Origin: Thermoplasmata archaeon
GTDB taxonomy: Archaea; Thermoplasmatota; Thermoplasmata; Lutacidiplasmatales; UBA184
Length of the DNA stretch: 64,000 nt
Assembly: GCA_035623855.1 (NCBI GenBank)
Contig: DASPSQ010000005.1
Coordinates: 2,093 to 66,092 of the forward strand
Direction of reading: 5' to 3'
Shown here: in pieces, positions 61,988-64,000 of the stretch
Numbering within the stretch: position 1 is the first letter of the stretch
Layout: each line of letters begins with the position of its first letter
Translations under genes and position numbers: made by a program
Notes under the pieces: generated by a model
The model's database searches: none
Seen by the model: the letters and a program-made list of their open reading frames with translations, nothing else
What the model was told of the DNA's origin: nothing

Positions 61988-62968
61988 ATGTTCTGCACCA
62001 AGTGTGGCGCGACCCTTCCGGACGACGCCGTCTTCTGCTCGAAGTGCGGCACCCGGACCGGTGCGGGCGCTGGAGCGGGCGGTCCCGCCCCGTCCGCCGC
62101 CCCCGCCGCGGGAGGTGCCCCGACGCTCGGGGCCGCCGGTGTGCAGGAGCTGAAATGTCCGTCCTGCGGCGCTCCGATCCACCCGACCTTCGGCGAGACC
62201 GTCATCTCGTGCGACTATTGCGGCGGATCCGTCACGCTCGGCGGGCAGGGATGGAAGGAGATCAACAAGCACACGATGCTCTCCCTCAAGGTCAGCGACC
62301 CCCAGGCGGCCCTCAAGGTCGTCCACGGCTGGATCGACGAGGGGTTCTTCCATCGCCACGATTTCGAGGAGTCGAAGATCCTCGAGACGAAGCTCACGTA
62401 CGTTCCGTTCTGGATCATGCCGGTCTCCGCGTCGACGACGTTCACCTACCAGGCCGTCGCGACGAGCGTCGGCGCGACTGCCGGGACGATCGCCGCCGGC
62501 GCGCTCCTCGGCAACGCGCTCGGCGGTCGTCGCGGAGGGTTCACCGTCGTCCCGATCATGGCCGGCCCGGTCGTGAACCCGAACCGCTCGGACACGATCA
62601 CGGGCCAATACGAGTACCCCGTGATCGCCGTCAAGGCGATGACGACGTACCAGCCGAGGGACTACGCGTTCGGGCTCGGCGAGCGGACGTTCTTCGACAA
62701 GAAGACGATCCCAGGGGGGACGACGATCCTGAACGGCGATCTGAGCGAGGATGCCGCCAAGGGGTCGGCGCGCGCCTACGTCCAACAGCTCCAGGCCGAC
62801 GCGGCGCACAAGAAGCACAGCACCTGCTCGAACCTCAAGAGCGAGATCAACGTCGGCGACGCGGAGCTCCTCCACGCCCCGATCTGGGAGTTCAAGCTCG
62901 AGCACAAGGGCCAGCGCCAGACGATCATCGTGGACGGGAACGGCGGACGGGTGATCCGGACCGTCTAG
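61988..62968 (+). CDS. Double zinc-ribbon protein with a C-terminal ~250-aa domain (YdjG-like architecture).
   Basis: CTKCGATLPDDAVFCSKCG and CPSCGAPIHPTFGETVISCDYCGG, followed by a mixed alpha/beta domain. Confidence 0.5.
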   Translation: MFCTKCGATLPDDAVFCSKCGTRTGAGAGAGGPAPSAAPAAGGAPTLGAAGVQELKCPSCGAPIHPTFGETVISCDYCGGSVTLGGQGWKEINKHTMLSLKVSDPQAALKVVHGWIDEGFFHRHDFEESKILETKLTYVPFWIMPVSASTTFTYQAVATSVGATAGTIAAGALLGNALGGRRGGFTVVPIMAGPVVNPNRSDTITGQYEYPVIAVKAMTTYQPRDYAFGLGERTFFDKKTIPGGTTILNGDLSEDAAKGSARAYVQQLQADAAHKKHSTCSNLKSEINVGDAELLHAPIWEFKLEHKGQRQTIIVDGNGGRVIRTV

Positions 62969-63026
62969 ACCCACGTTTCACGTGGCGGCCCTCCTTTAAG
63001 AACCCCCTGCTTCCTCAAATCACCGG

Positions 63027-64000
63027 ATGGCGCGCCGGGCGCCGAAAAGTCTCCGCCCGACCGTCGCGTCCGCCGCGGGCCTCCTGGCGGTCGCGCTGGT
63101 CGCGGTCCTCTTGCTCCCTCTCGGGACGACGGTCAGCTCGACGGTCCACGCACAGTTCCACGTCCCTCAGGGGCCCGCATCCGCCACCGAGCCGCGTACT
63201 GGAAGCGTGGCCCCACCTGCGACCGCTCATCGAGGATCCACCCGCGAGCTACCGGACAGCGCTCCAGTGAACCCGTCCGCCGGGTCGTTGTTCCGAACGG
63301 TCTTCCCGAACTACAACACGACGACCTCGTTCAACTTCCCCGGAACGGTCTGGGATTGGCAGGTCGGCACTCCCGCATTCATCCCGTCGACAAACTCGCT
63401 CTGGCTCCCGACGCGCGCCGTTCCGGCCGTCGGGGGACCGCTGCCCTTGATCGCGCCCGTTGTGGTCTACAGCGAGACGCTCGAGACGTTCACCGGCGTG
63501 GTCCCATCCGTTCAGAATTCCTCTGCGCTTCTCTACGACCCGTCGAATGGCCTCGTCTATTCCGCGGAGTCGTTCAACAACACGGTGGTAGCCGTAAGTG
63601 CGAGTTCCGGCGGCTGGGTCCAAACGTTCCCCGTCGGAACCGATCCTACTGCTCTCGCTCTCGACCCGCATTCGAGCCTTCTCTATGTGGCCAACACCGG
63701 GTCGACCAACCTCACCGCGATCAACTGCTCGACGTCCATGATCTGGAATTCAAGCATCATGACCGGCCCATCGCCTCGAGCCCTCGCCTTCGATCCGTTC
63801 AATCAACAACTTTTCGTGGCGGATGGCGGGGACCCGTGGATATACGACGTGAACACGACGACGAATGCGTCAGCGAAGTACGCAGCAGTCGCCCCCAATC
63901 CCCTTGACCTCGCCTTCTCTGCTTCGGGCCAATGGCTGGCAGTAACGAGTTCATCGGGAAGTAGAGTCACCTTCCTAAACACGACCCTGCCAATACCTGC
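63027..64000 (+). CDS. Secreted YVTN-family beta-propeller repeat protein. The 3' end is truncated by the window edge, and the gene is not in the ORF track.
   Basis: Manual translation from the ATG at 63027 is open to the window end. An N-terminal signal/TM segment (LLAVALVAVLLLPLG) is followed by repeats such as LYDPSNGLVYSAESFNNTVVAV, ALDPHSSLLYVANTGSTNLTAI and AFDPFNQQLFVADGG. Confidence 0.5.
   Translation, partial: MARRAPKSLRPTVASAAGLLAVALVAVLLLPLGTTVSSTVHAQFHVPQGPASATEPRTGSVAPPATAHRGSTRELPDSAPVNPSAGSLFRTVFPNYNTTTSFNFPGTVWDWQVGTPAFIPSTNSLWLPTRAVPAVGGPLPLIAPVVVYSETLETFTGVVPSVQNSSALLYDPSNGLVYSAESFNNTVVAVSASSGGWVQTFPVGTDPTALALDPHSSLLYVANTGSTNLTAINCSTSMIWNSSIMTGPSPRALAFDPFNQQLFVADGGDPWIYDVNTTTNASAKYAAVAPNPLDLAFSASGQWLAVTSSSGSRVTFLNTTLPIP

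Noticed and set aside
1-64000. CRISPR arrays, rRNA genes, transposase/integrase genes or other mobile elements.
   Set aside because: I looked for regularly spaced direct repeats in the longer intergenic regions and for transposase/integrase signatures in all substantial ORFs and found none. tRNA genes cannot be excluded by eye, and the few intergenic regions longer than 200 bp showed no obvious cloverleaf-like GC stems.
1-64000. Haloarchaeal origin (suggested by the high GC).
   Set aside because: The proteins are Arg-rich and not Asp/Glu-enriched, so a salt-in halophile proteome is unlikely. The lineage is left unassigned (high-GC euryarchaeote-like).

Overview
This is a high-GC (~68%), arginine-rich archaeal chromosomal segment. 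The archaeal call rests on TFB, Gar1, ribosomal proteins S17e/S19e/L31e/L39e, aIF6, class-III (prepilin-like) signal peptides and TATA-box/leaderless-style promoters. I read about 60 genes, tightly packed with many ATGA/GTGA stop-start overlaps, and saw no transposases, integrases, rRNA or CRISPR array. Housekeeping and metabolic blocks: (i) a proline-to-glutamate module: P5C dehydrogenase plus a two-subunit L-proline dehydrogenase whose alpha subunit is a four-domain redox fusion; (ii) three GNAT genes, a HExxH protein and a SAM methyltransferase; (iii) a PadR–ABC-2 transporter operon driven from an AT-rich bidirectional promoter island; (iv) GH15 glucoamylase, a TauE/DUF1634 pair, PGM/PMM, Mut7-C, a Trm11/TrmG10 tRNA methyltransferase, an S2P protease and PPAT; (v) a six-gene xanthine-dehydrogenase-family molybdoenzyme operon (MocA–XdhC–S–L–M plus a coupled ParB/Srx-like gene) whose FAD subunit carries a 4-Cys insertion with the spacing of the [4Fe-4S] loop of 4-hydroxybenzoyl-CoA reductase HcrB; (vi) purN and a TldD/PmbA pair; (vii) the conserved archaeal S19e–PDCD5-like–L39e–L31e–aIF6 operon opposite S17e, and a gar1–tfb operon. 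Candidate novel systems worth follow-up: (a) a vWA – P-loop GTPase – 985-aa coiled-coil giant – Zn-ribbon membrane protein operon (25.1–31.0 kb), which resembles NTP-dependent ternary vWA conflict systems; (b) two tandem single-domain KaiC/RecA-like ATPases, one with a ~480-aa Pro-rich basic tail, coupled to an EVE (modified-base reader) domain gene next to an HD phosphohydrolase (49.8–54.6 kb); (c) a MoaD/ThiS-like Gly-Gly ubiquitin-like gene upstream of two coiled-coil proteins, one with a zinc ribbon (45.8–48.6 kb); (d) a 1554-aa TPR protein with a C-terminal zinc ribbon followed by a four-gene cluster (membrane protein, Zn-ribbon protein, SPFH/Band-7-like protein with three C-terminal zinc ribbons, double-Zn-ribbon protein) that recalls the PspA-associated YdjGHI module of Bacillus but has no PspA in the window; the same CPKCG…[F/Y]C..CG ribbon recurs seven times across these genes (54.7–63.0 kb). 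Many long ORFs in the supplied track are antisense or out-of-frame shadows typical of high-GC DNA and were discarded.
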